Assembly (NCBI GenBank): GCA_965644315.1
Contig: CBFFRQ010000069.1
Location: 1,364,001-1,428,000, forward strand
Direction: 5' to 3'
DNA length: 64,000 nt
Source of the DNA: Caecitellus pseudoparvulus
Lineage: Eukaryota > Protista > Bigyra: Bicosoecida
The translations under genes were made by a program, and so were the position numbers. Shown here in pieces: positions 9,814 to 23,138 of the stretch. The first letter of the stretch is position 1; each line of letters opens with the position of its first letter. The notes under the pieces are model-generated. The model was not told the origin of the DNA, searched no databases, and worked only from the letters and a program-made list of their open reading frames with translations.

Positions 9814-12052
9814 TCACCGCAACTCCATGCCTGCGGCAAGGAGGTCCACGTGCGTGTTTGCCGTGTCCAGCACGCCTCGCACCTCCTGCGACATGGTGGC
9901 ATCCAGGGCAGGCTCCAGACGGGACCACACCGCTGCCACATCAGCTTCCCCTGCAATGCCTGACTGGCGCATCACAGCCCCCAGTGCCTCTTTCCCCACG
10001 CGTGCCAGGGACTGCCGCATGGCCGTCGACAGCGTCTCCAGCAAGCTGCTACGAGCTTTCTCCAAGGCAGGCGCCAGCTTACGCCTTCGAGCTGTCCAAC
10101 TCGCGTCATCACATTCAGCGGGCCTATGCCAGGTTGTCTCGCTGCGCTCTGAGTGGTGCCAGTAGCTCCTGGCGCGTTTCTTGTCCACGTGGTGCGTCCA
10201 GCCACCTCCGTCGCCCACCGAGGTGGAAGAGGCTGCGGCCGCGCCGACGGGTGTCACAGGGCCCTGGCTTCGTGCCTTGGAGTCCAATTGGCGCTGGAGG
10301 TTCTGGACCTGCACAGTGAGCGTGGAATTTTCCCCTGTCAGCCTTGCTGCCTGTTCCTGCAGCGTGTCCACGTGTGCGATGAACGCCTCCCTAGCGGATG
10401 CGACCTTGTCTTGAAGCTCCTGCACTTGTGCGGCATAGGCTTGGCCGACACTTTTCGCAGTTCCCGTGCCTCCAGACACCGCACGTTCCAAAGCCGCTTT
10501 CAGAGCTTCATTGGCACTCAGAACGGACGCCAGCTCTTTGTGGTACGACAGCACTTGCGAGCGCAGAGCAGCGAGGGTTTTCGTCTCCTCTTGGATCGTA
10601 TTGGCTGCTGACACTTCACGGGCTGCGTAGGTATGCATCAGCACCAATTGCCTCCTCCCCGCCTCTGACTCTGTCAGCTCTCCTTTCAACTGCTGCACCT
10701 GCCGGGCCAGCAACAGCGTGGCCTCCCTAGACGACTGACTGGGAGGGCTGCCCGCCACCCGCTTGGTCATAGCTGTGCCACTGTCCCCATGTGCAAGCAA
10801 TCGCTTCAACCTCTTGACTTCTTCTTGCAGCTGCTTTACCATGACTGTGGGAGGAATGCGCTCGTTTACGTGGGCGTGCACGACCACTTGCTTGGCCCGG
10901 TCAGCAAAGGACAGCGTGCTAAGGGATTCCTCCACAGCAGTGGGTGAGGGAGACAGGGTGATGAAAAAGGCTGTTCGGGTATTGCCCCCGAGGCTGTCCT
11001 GCAACAGCCGCGTGAGTTTGCTCTCCCGATATGGCACATGGCCAGCGCCGCTGGCCGTCAACGCCCGAATGCAGCGGCCGAGGCAAGAGAGGGACTGGTT
11101 GATGGCGGTCAGCTCTGACATGCGGCTGGGGGTGACGGACAGCTGATGCGCCTGGATCTTCTCGCTGCCAGCAAGGTCCACAAAGCACACCTTGCTCAGC
11201 ACACGAGCAGCATCCGGCCCGGTTCCTGCAGGTTGATCCAGGTGCACCATGAAAATGGTGTGACTCCTGCTCGAGTGCTCATTCATGTCCGTGCTGGCCA
11301 AGCTGCGGTTGCGTGCCCCTTGCCACAGGACGCCAAGCACATCGTCAGCACCCTGCACAGGCACGGAGACAGCATCGGGCACCACCACACCTGCATCTGT
11401 GGAGGAGTGCAGGCTGAGCCCGCGCCCTCCACGATCTGGTGAGCTGTCTGCCAAAAGGTCGAAGATGGCTTCGTTGTAGATTTCAAGGTACGACACGCTG
11501 ACCTGGCTTCCTGGCGCAACGCCAGCAAACAAGGCTTTCAGTGCTCGAGGCAGCAGACCCCATGAGCCCTCATCTGCAGCTGCCTGGAAACTTCCCGGCG
11601 TCTTTGGCTGCGACTCGGCAAGCCGCCAGACGTCCACCCCAAGCATGGTATGTGTCTTCCCCGTCGACGTCTGTCCGTACCTGGCAACGCATGGAGGGCA
11701 GCACGGTGCGAAGGTGTGCCGTTGAGCTGCAACTTCCGCAGTGTCGCCGGCCGTGCCGCGGCCTGAGCACTCACGCGAACACTGTGACATTGTAGCCTTC
11801 CAGGCAAGATTTAAGCTGGGGTTGCACCAGGGAAAAGGCGTCCTCTTGTGTTGAGGAGGAAGGCAGCACAGCATCGAACTGGAACTTGAGAGGCTTGGTG
11901 CTCTCTGGCGTTGAAACAGACACCTGCCGTGTCACTGCGTCTGCAGCAAGGGCCTGCTCCGCCACGCCCATGTGCTCCCGTGGCAGCAGCGGCCGGACAC
12001 GTGCATACACTTGAATGCGATCCATGTCGCTACCGCCGAGGAGCGCGGCCAT
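9814..12052 (-). CDS. Kinesin motor protein with coiled coil and WW domain
   Basis: IQVYARVRP, FQFDAV, GYNVTVFA|YGQTSTGKTHTM (intron 11681-11774), SYLEIYNE, NEHSSRSH, VDLAGSE, HVPYRESKLTRLLQDSLGGN. Tail GWTHHVDKKRARSYWHHSERSETTWHRP is a WW domain. Confidence 0.93.
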
Positions 12053-12208
12053 GCTGCTAGACCTGTGAAAAGGTCCTTTCGTGCCGTCGCTGGCAGAGCT
12101 CTGGCTAACAACTGCGCACGTGCCGCACTCTGAGAAGACGCTCTCGTCGGCGGAAGCACATATGCAGCGACAGGAATTAAATTTAATTTTCAATAGTTTC
12201 CGTCCCGG

Positions 12209-15200
12209 TCAAGGATCAGCGGTAGGAGCCTTCACAGCCTCAACCAGAGACCCCCATGTTTGTTGGGTCTGAGACAGGTACAGCTGCCGCTGCTTCTTCG
12301 CAGAGGATTCAACAATCTGTGCTCCACCTGAGCGTCTTCGCTTCCCATGGCGCTTGGCTGCCATGATCTCCGAGTCGAGAGAGCGCAATGGCGCCGCGAA
12401 CGGGCCGACCGTTTGGGAGGCTGCGGCCTCCGTGGCAGTCTGCTCGTGAACAGCCAGAGAAGGTGTTGTGCTCAGGCGGCGCCGAATGGGTGAGGGTGGC
12501 AAGTCTGCATCAGTGCTGACTTGCCCTGCACCCTGGCTGCGTTCGTCGGCGCTGATCACGATACCCTCACTCTTGCTGACCCCACGCGCTCCATGCCGCG
12601 CAGCTTGCTGCTGGCGATACACGAACTCCTCCATGGTATCTCTGGCCAAGAGCCTATACACAAAGCAAGTCGCTTGCTGCCCAAGTCGGTGGCATCGAGA
12701 CACAGCTTGCTCCTCAACCCCTGGCAGATCCACGGGATCCAGCACAATCACATGCCGCGCAGAGATCAGCGTTAGCCCAGAAGCGTCTGTATCGGAGCAA
12801 AGGAGCAAGACTCTCATGTTTCGTTTCGTCCTGAAGTGGCGGAGGGCTTTTGCTTTCTGGGCCCGCCCACCTCGAAGCTGCACCGCTTGGATGTGATTCA
12901 GCGCCAGCGCCTGCTGGGCAAGGTCCAGCAGGGAGCGCCACTGCGTGAAGACGAGAACCTTGTCATCCACAGGCAAGGATAAAATTCGGCGAACCATGCA
13001 CACAAGCTTTGTCCCGAATCGCTCGCTTTGAGCAGCGACGGAGATGGAGTTGGCAAGGGGTGTGCTGAATGGCGTGTACAACGACGCTGCCTGTGCACCT
13101 TCCACGTACTCCACACGGCCATGAGAAACGCGGGCTGTCGAATGAGGCACAAACGGATCAACTCCCTGAGCCGTGCCAGATGCTTGCAATGACTGGTGCG
13201 GAATGTAGGCCAAAGCAGACTCGTGTCCTGCGCCTCGATCTGCCGCGCGGAATGTGAACATGGTGTCTCGTGGCCACTCTGCCCGGCACTCGGGGCAAGA
13301 CACGACGCGCTGAGCAGCCTGTGGGTGATCGGCGTGCACGGCACGCGCTTGGATCCACGCATTGATGCAGGGCCAGCAATACACATGACCACATTGCAGC
13401 AGGGCTGGGTCCGGAGGCTTCGCTTCACCGTTCCACTCCCACCTTGCCTTGCAGATTGCGCACTTGAATCCATCTCGCAAAAGAGCAGTCTTCTGCTCTA
13501 AATACTGCAGTTTATCTTGGGCAGCTTGGAGCTGGGCGCGCAGAGGGAGGGAGGCCCGCAGGAGCGCGACACCGGCTGAGGCAAATCCCTCAACAAACTT
13601 GAGCACACTACCTGTCCAAGAGTGGCTTGACGACGAGAGACTTGAAGCGATCGATTCGTGTGCAACGGCTCCTTCAATCGGGAAACTGTCGAAAGTCGGT
13701 GCTTCGCGGGGTGGCAGAACCTCCCCTTTCACCTCGCTTGCACCAGCCAAGTTCAAGACGTGCTCCAGCACGGCTCTTGTCACTTGGCCGGGGATAGATG
13801 GCGTAGATCGTAGGCCCCGCACCGGCATCGCTAATGTAGCAACAGCTGTCCTCAGTGAGGCGCTGCAGTGCTCACTGAGCAAGAAAGCTCTCGTGGCTGT
13901 CCAGGTGGCATGTGGACCAGGGCGCACGTCCCACATCTCAAATTGGTCCACAATTGTGTGCTTTACTTCCGCACTAATTTGATCAACACTGCGAGAGGAC
14001 TGGTGGCTCAGAGAAGCTGTCTTAATGAAAGCCTCCACAGCCCGTCTTGCCGCCGGCGCCCAGGAACCGCTTCGATACCCGTCCCAGTCTAAGATGCCAA
14101 GGGCTGTGGCCGCTGGGGAGTCGCTACTGGACAGCCCCGACACTTCTGCCGTGAACCCCCGCGCCAGAGCATGATCTTCTTCTTTTAAGTGAATGGAAAA
14201 TGACCCTGCGGCCCAGGTCGTCCACAGCGTCGAGTCCAGGCAAGGAGGGGGTGGGGGCACCGTGCGGGATCGACGGTGGAGATCAGTCTCCATCTCTGCG
14301 TCTGCTTCGTGTGTCTCACTTGCTTGTGGTGCCAGGTCAAGCTTGAGATCTTCAACTTTGCGCGCTTTGTCTGTGCTGCGCAGGCCACAACCCGTCTCAA
14401 AATACAGCGCCTCATCCCACGGGCCAAGGATGGGCTCTGGCGGCTGCACGGGACTGGCTTCTCGGTCAAGCCCTGGCACGTCCAGGCGCAGTGCTTCTTG
14501 AAGCTCCATTGCCAAATTCGTGAATGGAAGCTGCAGCAGAGACCGAGTTGATACTTTGTGAGACGAGTGGGCCTTGAGTCCCGCGAGTGGGATGCTTCCT
14601 GCTGCCTGGGCTGCCTCCAAGCAATCTGCGACAAAGTCCGTACACTTTTCGTGAAGAGCATGCAGTCCAGCCGCCCCATTTCGAGCAGTTGCCTCGTAAT
14701 CATGCACCAGCTTTGCAAAGAACACGTTGTTCATGAAATCGGCGTACAGGTCGGGGCACATGGGCTGTGTCCACCTCAAGGGATGGCCAACGACGCAAAG
14801 TGGCCACTTGAGGCAAATGACCTCAGCTCCAGTTGGGACGGGGACTGAAGGCTGAGCGTCAGGGGCTCGCCACTGCGAGATCCGAAGTTCCACAAAAGAA
14901 AGTGCTCCTGTCCTCACTCGCCGCCCAAAGTCCTCAGCTGTGCTCTTATCGTACACGCTGTGCATGACTCCGTGGCGCGATCCCCAACGTGTGCAGGCGT
15001 CAGCCACCCGCTCGTGAAGCAGCATGGACCAAGGAATGCCCAGATTTGCCGCTGCAGCTTGGGCACGCTGTCGGTATGTGTTGAGTGCGCCGTTGAGGCT
15101 GGATGTGCCACTCTTAGCGAGCTGGCGATGGAAGCACTTCACAACCCAAGCGTCGGGGATGGTGGAGGATGCCCTCATCACATCTCCCGTCGAGAGAGGC

Positions 15201-18200
15201 GCCCCGAGGGCCTTGGAAACGCTTCGAGTAGTAGTAATGAGTTCGCTTCGCATCTGAGCCCGAATCTGAGCGCTCACCGTGGCCCCGGCTGCTGTGTTGC
15301 TCAAGTGGTACAGAATGTGAGATGCCTCCCGGAAGCCTTGCCAATTCAGCACGAAGGTAGCCCACTGCGATGCTCTGCGCTCCACTTCTTTGTAGGCTTG
15401 CAACATGCCCGGCGGAAGGGACGGAGGCGGAAGCATGTCTGCGTCTCCTCCTGTGCAGTCCATGGTGCGCAGGGTGATGGGCACTCGTTCAGTCCCCACC
15501 GCGTTGACTCGAGACAAGCCTCGAGCTCCACTCGGGACAACATTGAGAACAGTTACCTCAACCTCATGTTGCATGCCGTGAACGTGTGACTGCTCCGTTC
15601 GCATGGCAGAAATGAGGGCAGGGAAGTTCTCGACGAGCTCGGGGTCACACAAGCTGGGTGAGAAGAACTCACGCAAACGGCGCGCAAGGAAACCAGCTCC
15701 CTCCCGTGCGTTCGCTCGAACTGCCTTGCAATGCTGCTGTGCATACCGGAGCATGGTGTGCAGCGTTGTCTGCCGCAGACGCCGTACAGCAGTCCTCGCA
15801 GCTTCTTCTCTGCCTTGCACCCGGAACATTCGCAGCAGCAGCAAAATTGCTCGCACTTCAGTCATACCCCATTGTCGGTAGGCTGCCCGTTCAGCGGCAT
15901 GGGCCTCTCGCCACAGTTCAACATGCTGGGATGCACCCCACGCAGCACGGGCGTGGAACTCAGCTTGATGGCAATGCCACGCTGCTGTGCTGGGAGCTTC
16001 GCAGTTGATGGGGGACTGGCCCTGCCCTACGAGTTGCGAGGCACCCAGTGGCACTTCTTGAAATGCAGGCGCTGTACTTTGTGAGGCTGAGTCAGGGTCA
16101 ACTGCTGCCCACACGAGCCCCATGAGCCAGTGCCACTGCGCCAAGGCAAGCTGAAGCTCAATGTGGGCCAAGCGCAGAGGCTGAACACGGGTGGCTTTGA
16201 ATGCTGTCAGCTGCTTGTGCATGAGTTCATCGGGGGAGGAGGCAACATGGCTGTGAGGGACTTCTGCTGTGCTCTCGGCCCCCCTGCGGGAGCCTCGGCC
16301 ACGCTTCCGCCTCCTCTTGCCGCCAGTGGCTTGGCCCGCACCTCCCTCCTGCACGGCTTCATCCAGCACACCCCCTGCTGCCACACCAATCCTGTCGCTC
16401 AGGGCAGGGTGGCAGGCGGTGCGTCTCAGGGATGCAAGGTCTGCCCGGAGCTGAAGAGGCAAGGCATGAATGGGCTGAGACAGATCTGGGGCAGCCGCCC
16501 CACCTTCTGCAATAGCTGCCGCCAAGATTCGCTTGCGCACCTCAGTCGCGGTAGCGGCGTACCAGTCCCGCTCTGCAGGGCCGAGGCTTAGAGCGATGTT
16601 GTACGTGTGCCGTGCAGGCAGATCAAGCTCCGCTTCCACGTCAGATTTAGTGTTTCGCCAGAAACAGGGAGCCAGCAGCTCTCGCACAACCTGCAATCCA
16701 GCCACACTGCCTGATTGTGCCATGCGAGTCACGAGGCCGTGCCAGTACAGCGGACTGCTCAGTGGCTCATGGCGCAAAAACGACAACATGCCGTGAAGAT
16801 CCTGCAACTCCCGCAAAATGGGAGTTCCTGTGACGCACCAGCGATGCACAGCGTGAATGGTCCCCGCCATCTCCGCCGTGGCACTGACTGAGTGGCCTTC
16901 TACCTCCTGAGCTTCGTCCAGGACAAGCCTCCAGAATACAAGACAGCGAAGTGGGGAACGGGGAGGCGGGTACTTGGGCTGCTTGCGGCTTGAGCGGAGC
17001 ACCCCTTTGTAATGAACGTCCCCTCGCAACGTCTCGTAGTCGACAAGGACAATATCTGCCATGGCCAAGCAGGCCAGGGTGGACACCCACTCCTCAGCCG
17101 TGCGGCAGTCCTTGCTCACACCCCTGTACACGGCAATCCGCTGCCCGGAGTCGGGTGTAAACCAAGCCATGCTATTCATAACTGAAGAACAGTTGAATCG
17201 ACTGGCACTCGGTGTGTGGGGCTGACACCCCTGCGCAGACGCTCCGAGGGGGCTTCCCCACCGCTGCAGCTCCCCCAGCCACTGATCGATGATGCGGGAA
17301 GGCATACAGATGAGCGTGGCAGTGGACCGCACCACTGCCGCCTGTGGAAGAGATGCGGTGGCTAGAGGGGGGAGTTCAGCGTGCCCGTACGCAGTCAGTG
17401 CATGCAGCGCTGTCTGCAGGTGCTGAGAGACAGCGACTGCATCCCCAGCCACGGGTGGCAGCAGCTGCGCCTCACCAACGGCATATGGGTCGCCCTCAGC
17501 AAGCATGCCTTCGGCGGAAAACTGCGCCACAAACGCCGGCACCAAGTGATCGGGCAGGTGCTGCGCGGCTTGCTGGATGTGGGGGCTTGCAAACACGCCA
17601 GTGCATGCCGCGCTGACCGCTGCTCGATGGGGAGCCTGGCACCAGCGAATGTGAGCTATCGTGGTCGCGGTCTTGCCGAGGCCCATTTCATCTGCTAGGA
17701 TGCCGCCGCCACCACCCTGCAGGACTGGGCGAGGGCCTATGCACAGCTGCCCTGTCACAACGCACAGCCAAGCTTCTCGCGACTGCTTCGTGCCCTCCGC
17801 TTGTGCCGGGGTGTCTGCAAGGGTGGTCAGCTCAGACCAGGGTACGCTCACCCAAGCGGGGTGCAGTTCTTCCAGCCCTTTGCTGGATTCCCTCTCCTCC
17901 ATCCAGGCCATAGCCCTCAACTGGTACGCCTTCAGTGCCTCGCAGCCGGCAGGTGGAGGGGCTTGTGCGTGCCGACTGCTCGGGCGTAGCTCGCCCAGCA
18001 GTTGGGCGATGGAGGCTGTGGACTCAGCGGTTGCAGGGTGAGCCATGGCAATAGCTTCAGCTGATGCAAACGTTTCACCGTCTTGCTTGGCCTGTCTGGG
18101 GAGAGCTTGCAGCAAGGCCTGGGGAAGCTCCGCTGAGGAGCCGCCGAGCATTTGGTCCACGAACTTGCTCCTGAGGCAGCTGGCCGCGAGTCGTAGCCAC

Positions 18201-18641
18201 CTCCAGCTTGGCCCGGGCGCCTCCGACAGCCCATTCAGAGCGTGCAGTGGGTGTGTGAGAGGGACGAGGATTCTGACCTCCAGTTTCTTCGGGTCGCTAC
18301 CATCGTCGCTGGGCATGCTCGCCTCCAGAAAGCAGCCAGCTTGCGAGGCAAGGTAGCGAAGAAAGGAGGCCATCGGAGAAGCCTGCTGCGGCCTCCAGGT
18401 CCATGAATCTGTCGATGTATACTGGGCGTGGAGCTGCAGTGGGTGCGGTGTCAGGGACACCTCGCACGGAACCTGATGAAGGCAAAAAGTGAACCAGTGC
18501 ATTCAATTACCGCACGATCGCCTGCAAGGCACGCACATGAACCGTCCATGCCGTAGACCGAGAAGGTTGCTGCCAAGACGGGATAATGTCGATGAAGTAC
18601 ACTACGCAGGGCTCCTGCTGCCGCTGAGTGCTCGTTTGCAT
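12209..18641 (-). CDS. SNF2-family ATPase / RING E3 ligase, SHPRH/Irc20/Rad5-like
   Basis: GGILADEMGLGKT, LVLDEAQ, RWCVTGTP; RING CAICK..CGHVYCWPC..CPECR inserted before the second helicase lobe KVLVFTQW..GLTLISARHV..QAVSRCHRLGQ..RDTMEE. Small first exon inferred from ATG 18641 with a GTGCGT donor near 18536. Confidence 0.9.
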
Positions 18642-19006
18642 GCTGAAGCAAGTGCTCGAAGCTCTTGCTGCAGCACGAGGGCCGGGATGCACAGGCGCGG
18701 GGACAATGATGCCTTCAGCAAAGAAACCGAGACCAAGCGCTTCAGCGGAAGTTGCAACTTAGAATTGATTCAGTGATAGCAATTTTGGTGCCGCATGTGC
18801 CCTGCGTACTTGCAGTGGCGTTCATTGGCGCTCATAGCTGGGAATGAAAGCAGTCGCCAAATTTGAAATGAGACACACTCTCAGAAACCAATGCACCCGT
18901 CATTCCAGCTTTAACAGCTTGTACACTTGCGTGCGGGCCTGTGCACGCTTCAGTCCCATTGGACTAGCGGCCAAATTCAGCTGCGGGAGGCAGACTTCAG
19001 GCCAGC

Positions 19007-20258
19007 ATGGCAAGCCTGCCGCGGCAAGGAGAGCAGCCAGCACAGGAAGTGCTGCCCCCTCGCACCTTGCTGTGGCCAGCAATAAAGGCGCGACTGGAAC
19101 CGCTAGAGGTCAGGGAAGTGAAGGCGTTGATTGGAGCTGAGGCTGTGGAAGACAACGAGGTGGGCAAGCGAAACGCCGTGGCGTTTCGCGCCTGCACCCC
19201 ACACGCTGTCAAGTCTCCGGTTTCTCGCAGACGCACTATGCCGCGATTCAGAACATGTGCACTCTCGTTGTAGAAGCGAGGGCTGCAAATGCTCAGCTTC
19301 GCGAGGTGTGTTTGGCCGCCCCTCGCCCACCTCACCTCTGTCTGTCAGAAACGCCTGGCCCGCCGCACAGAGAATCCAGGAGTTGCCGTCGTCTTCAGGA
19401 GCATTGCCATCACTTCCCCAGCAGAACTCTGCACCCAGTCGCCAGGCAGTGGAGGTGCTTCAGTCGCAGATCAAGTACTTCGTGGAGCGTATTCAAGAGG
19501 CCAAAGGCGCCTCGGTGCCTGGCTCCGTGCCGCCTTTGCAGCTGCAGGCAGCCGCGTCAAGCACTTCGGAGGCTGCGGGGCTTGTCGCATCCACCCCCCG
19601 AGAAAAGGAAATCCTGCAGTTTATTTCTGGGCCGGGAAGGCCCCAGTCTTCGCGGAGCTCAGAACGCTTCGGAGCACGACCCCTCAGCGCACGCCCAGCG
19701 TCCAGCCGCCCTTCCACAGCTGCCTCGTGCAGCACTGCAGGGCAATCTGCGGCCTCCACAGCAGGTGTTCTGGACTCTTTGCAGGGCCGCCTGTCGCTGT
19801 TTACGCTGGACTCCGTCCTGCAGCAGCTGCGAGATGCGCTCGTCGACGAGGCGGAAGCGCTGTCGGCCGACCACGAGTACGTGGAGGTGTGCCTGCGCGA
19901 GGCAGCTGAGGAGCGCTTGGCGCTGGAGGGCGTGCTGGCTGCGCGGCGCACGGGAGGTGCACGGCCACCGACTCCCAGCCAGGGCAGCCCTGAGCAGCCC
20001 AGTGTGGAGGACCTGCGAGAGTACAAGGCTCGGCTGCAGGCCACGTGGCTGGCCATGGAGGGTGTTGAGGGGGGCCAGCAACAGCCCCGAGCCCCCTCAC
20101 GGCGCTTCGCGGCGCGTCTTAGAGGTGCCGTGGGCTCTGAAGATGCTGTCGCGGAGCCGTCATTCCGGCGTGGGGGCAGGGTCGTGCCAGCACAGGGCTC
20201 CAGCAAGGCTGGCACTGCGGCCGGTATCATGGAGGATTTGGAAGAGCTGTTTGGGTAG
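19007..20258 (+). CDS. CCDC24-like coiled-coil protein
   Basis: Three exons (introns about 19160-19230 and 19306-19369). LWPAIKARLEPLEVREVKALIG and LSLFTLDSVLQQLRDALVDEAEALSADHEYVEVCL resemble CCDC24 family blocks (from memory). Confidence 0.6.
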
Positions 20259-20446
20259 CAGCACCCCCTCCAAAGCACCCCCGCCGACAAGGATGACATC
20301 CAGTACCTGGCTCAAGACAATGTACTCAACCCCTCACCTTGAACTCTGCTGCTCCTTGATTCCTTGCTTGCCTGCGCCGAGTTGATGCGCTTGGCCCCAA
20401 CTGCAGCTCGCAAGTTCCACGGCCACCCTCTAGAAGCGCTTGAAGC

Positions 20447-22127
20447 ATGGGAGGACTGGGTGGATCAGGGGGGCATTTCGGGGGACATACCAGAGTGGAG
20501 CACACGTCAGTGTGTGGCAAGCTCTTGAACAGCCTGGTTGGCGTGCTGTGAGTTTCGACGTTGGCGTGTTGGGTCGATTTCCGCACATACTCAAGTTGCC
20601 CACGCGCCGCCCCCTGCTCAGCATTGGCTTTGCACTGTTTCTAGGGGGATTCCCCCTGTTGGCATGGAATGAGAACAACTACATTCGAGTGCGTGCTTGG
20701 CAGTCGATGGACCCCAAGCGGGGATGAGTTGACTGGCACCCGCCTGCCTGTACAGGTGTGGGAAAGCTTGACAGAGGGCCTTAGCAAGGTCGTGTCAGTG
20801 CAGGAGGTGAACACATTGGACTACTCATTGGATGGCAGCCTCGTGCACATTGCAGGACCCCTTTCCAACGTCCCGGTCCTCCGCGATACGTGCGCACCTG
20901 CCGTGCTCTGCCGAGGCCGCCGTACCAAACTTTAGTGCCCCCGCCCCCCCCCACCGACGCAGGGAATTCGGGGTGTCAGCCCGCGGAGTGCGCCTAGAGC
21001 GTGTGGTTGAAATGTACCAGTACAAGGAGCGCCGGCACACGAAGAAGCGCCGGAACGCAGGCGGCGGTGACACGACCGTGACCACCTACACCTACCCCAA
21101 AGTGTGGTCATCCAGCCTTATTCACTCGCATTCTTTCCAAGACCCATCCTTCTCCAACCCCGACGACATGCCCTTCGTGGAGGCGGTGGATACAGCCGAC
21201 GATGTGCAGGTGGGGGCATATCACCTGACCCGCGAGCAAGTGGGCATGTTGGGGCGTGGCACGGCCCTGCCCTTGACCCCCAACACGCTGGAGCTGGAGG
21301 GAGGTGGCAAGCGGCCCCGCGGGCGCCAAGGCAAGTCTGTCTCGCGGCGTGCGAGGCGGGAGGAAGTGGAGGAGGAGGACCCGTACGGGGCTGAGCTGCC
21401 CCACGAGTGGGACGAGGAGGACCCAGAGGAAGACGCGTACGACGACGCCCCACCCGTGGCTCGCCGCCGCTCGTCTGGCCGCAAGAAGAACCGCCGGCCA
21501 AGGGGCAGGCAGGGAGCCATGGCAGGGCAGCGTGACATGGTGCCAGCCGCACCAGCTGCTCGGGACCTGCTTGTGACGGGCAACTACTTGTACCTGGGCC
21601 GCAACCCCTCCAACCCTCGCGTGGGAGACACACGGGTGTCCTGGCAGGTGGTGAACCCCAGCGCGGCATCCTTGGTGGGCACCCAGCGCAGTGGCACGAT
21701 CGTCCCCTTCAAGAGCTCCAACGGCTACTCGGTGCATTTGGTGTCGGAGGGGCACCTGAGCGCGGAGGCCATGTTCGATGGGGCCCACACGGAGAACACC
21801 TTCTTCACGTGGCTGCTGCGGGGGGGCGGCTGGCTGCTCATGTTCGTCGGACTGCGCATGGTGGTGGAGCCGGCGGTGGTGGCGCCCCAACTCATCCCCT
21901 GTGTGGGTGGCATCCTGTCAGACATCCTGGCGTGTGGAGCCTGCCTGGCCACCTGCAGCACTGCTTCCGTGCTGGCGCTGGCCACCATTGCCGTCGCCTG
22001 GTTCTTTGTCCGCCCGACCTTCAGCTTGGGCTTGCTGGCGGTGGCAGCTGTTGTGGCCATCGTGGCACGCATGCTGCGCAGTGGGGACAAGGCGACCGGC
22101 CGGGGGGCTCCTGGAAAGGTGGAGTAG
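20447..22127 (+). CDS. TMEM43: TMEM43/LUMA (DUF1625) family membrane protein
   Basis: N-terminal TM LVGVL|IGFALFLGGFPLLAWNE, LVHIAGPL, LERVVEMYQYKE, YPKVWSS, NPRVGDTRVSW, SAEAMFD..ENTFFTWLLRGGGWLLMFVG, three C-terminal TMs; three 5' introns. Confidence 0.9.
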
Positions 22128-22134
22128 ACACGCA

Positions 22135-22841
22135 TCACCTTGCAAGCAGCCACGTGGCAGGGATGTCGCTGGAGGCGTCAGCGCCAGCGTTTGCGAGCAA
22201 GTCAGCGTTGGCGTTCAGCGCACGGGCGACATGAATGAACGCAACAGATGAGAAAGAGGCCGCCAGGTCCTGAACTGACCTACATAGCGGCTGTAGATGC
22301 GCGGCCTTCACGCGCCACTGCCCTGTCACTGTGCATGCAGAGAGAGGGCAGTGGCGCAGCAGGGCGCGGAAATTGAAAGCCACAATCACTCACGCTGACA
22401 TGCGACGAGCTTGGAATCCATCAGCACTGCCACTGACCGCAGGCCAGATTCATGGGCGAGCTCAAGTCCTAGTTTCACGGCCTGGTTGGCCCAGGCGAGG
22501 CGAAAGGTGCAAAGGCTGCGCCAAAGGGCAGCAGTGCTGCACCGTACCTCGTACTCTGCCATGTTGTTGGTGGCGGCGGGCCCGAGGTGGCGGTGGGCAA
22601 AGCCAACCACCTCGCGGCAATCACGGGAGACTATAAAGGCACCAGCCCCACCCAGACCCGGGTTGCCCCGTGCAGCCCCGTCAGAAAACACAATGGCTTC
22701 AGCTTGCCCCGGCACCGCAGGCAAACTCTCCCTGGACACAGGCGCAGACCATGCTGGCCAGCCTCCTTCCACGCACAGTCCGCGGCGGGGAGTCCTCACA
22801 GCGCACGACTGCGCCCTTGCCTGCAACGCCCCTCGAAACAT
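22135..22841 (-). CDS. Type 1 ribonuclease H (archaeal/actinobacterial-like RNase HI), possible organellar presequence
   Basis: FSDGAARGNPGLGGAG, ATNNMAEYE|AV, DSKLVACQ|LTGQWRVK, HVARALNANADLLAN; all four DEDD acidic residues present. Introns 22482-22547 and 22329-22393. Confidence 0.9.
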
Positions 22842-23138
22842 GGCCGCTTCAAGTCAAAGGGCAGGTGAACACAGCAACGGGCAGAAGCAACGCGCTCGGC
22901 AGGGAGAATTTGGCTCGCTCCAAGCCAGTCCACCAAGCCCCCCTCTCCCACACCATCCCAACGCATCCCTCCGACACTCATCTCACGGATGCAACAATAA
23001 CCAGCCTACAACAAGATCACCTGCGCAGCCCAGGGCACCCCAATCTCCACGTGAACCTGCTGCTGCTGCCACACGACGCTTTGCGGATTTTGAACGCAAC
23101 TCTTGGGGAGGTGTACTGCCCGTAGCACTGTGCCAACC

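Noticed and set aside
22135-22841. RNase H as part of a retrotransposon
   Set aside because: No RT, integrase, gag, LTR or target-site duplication; it has introns and sits between housekeeping genes.
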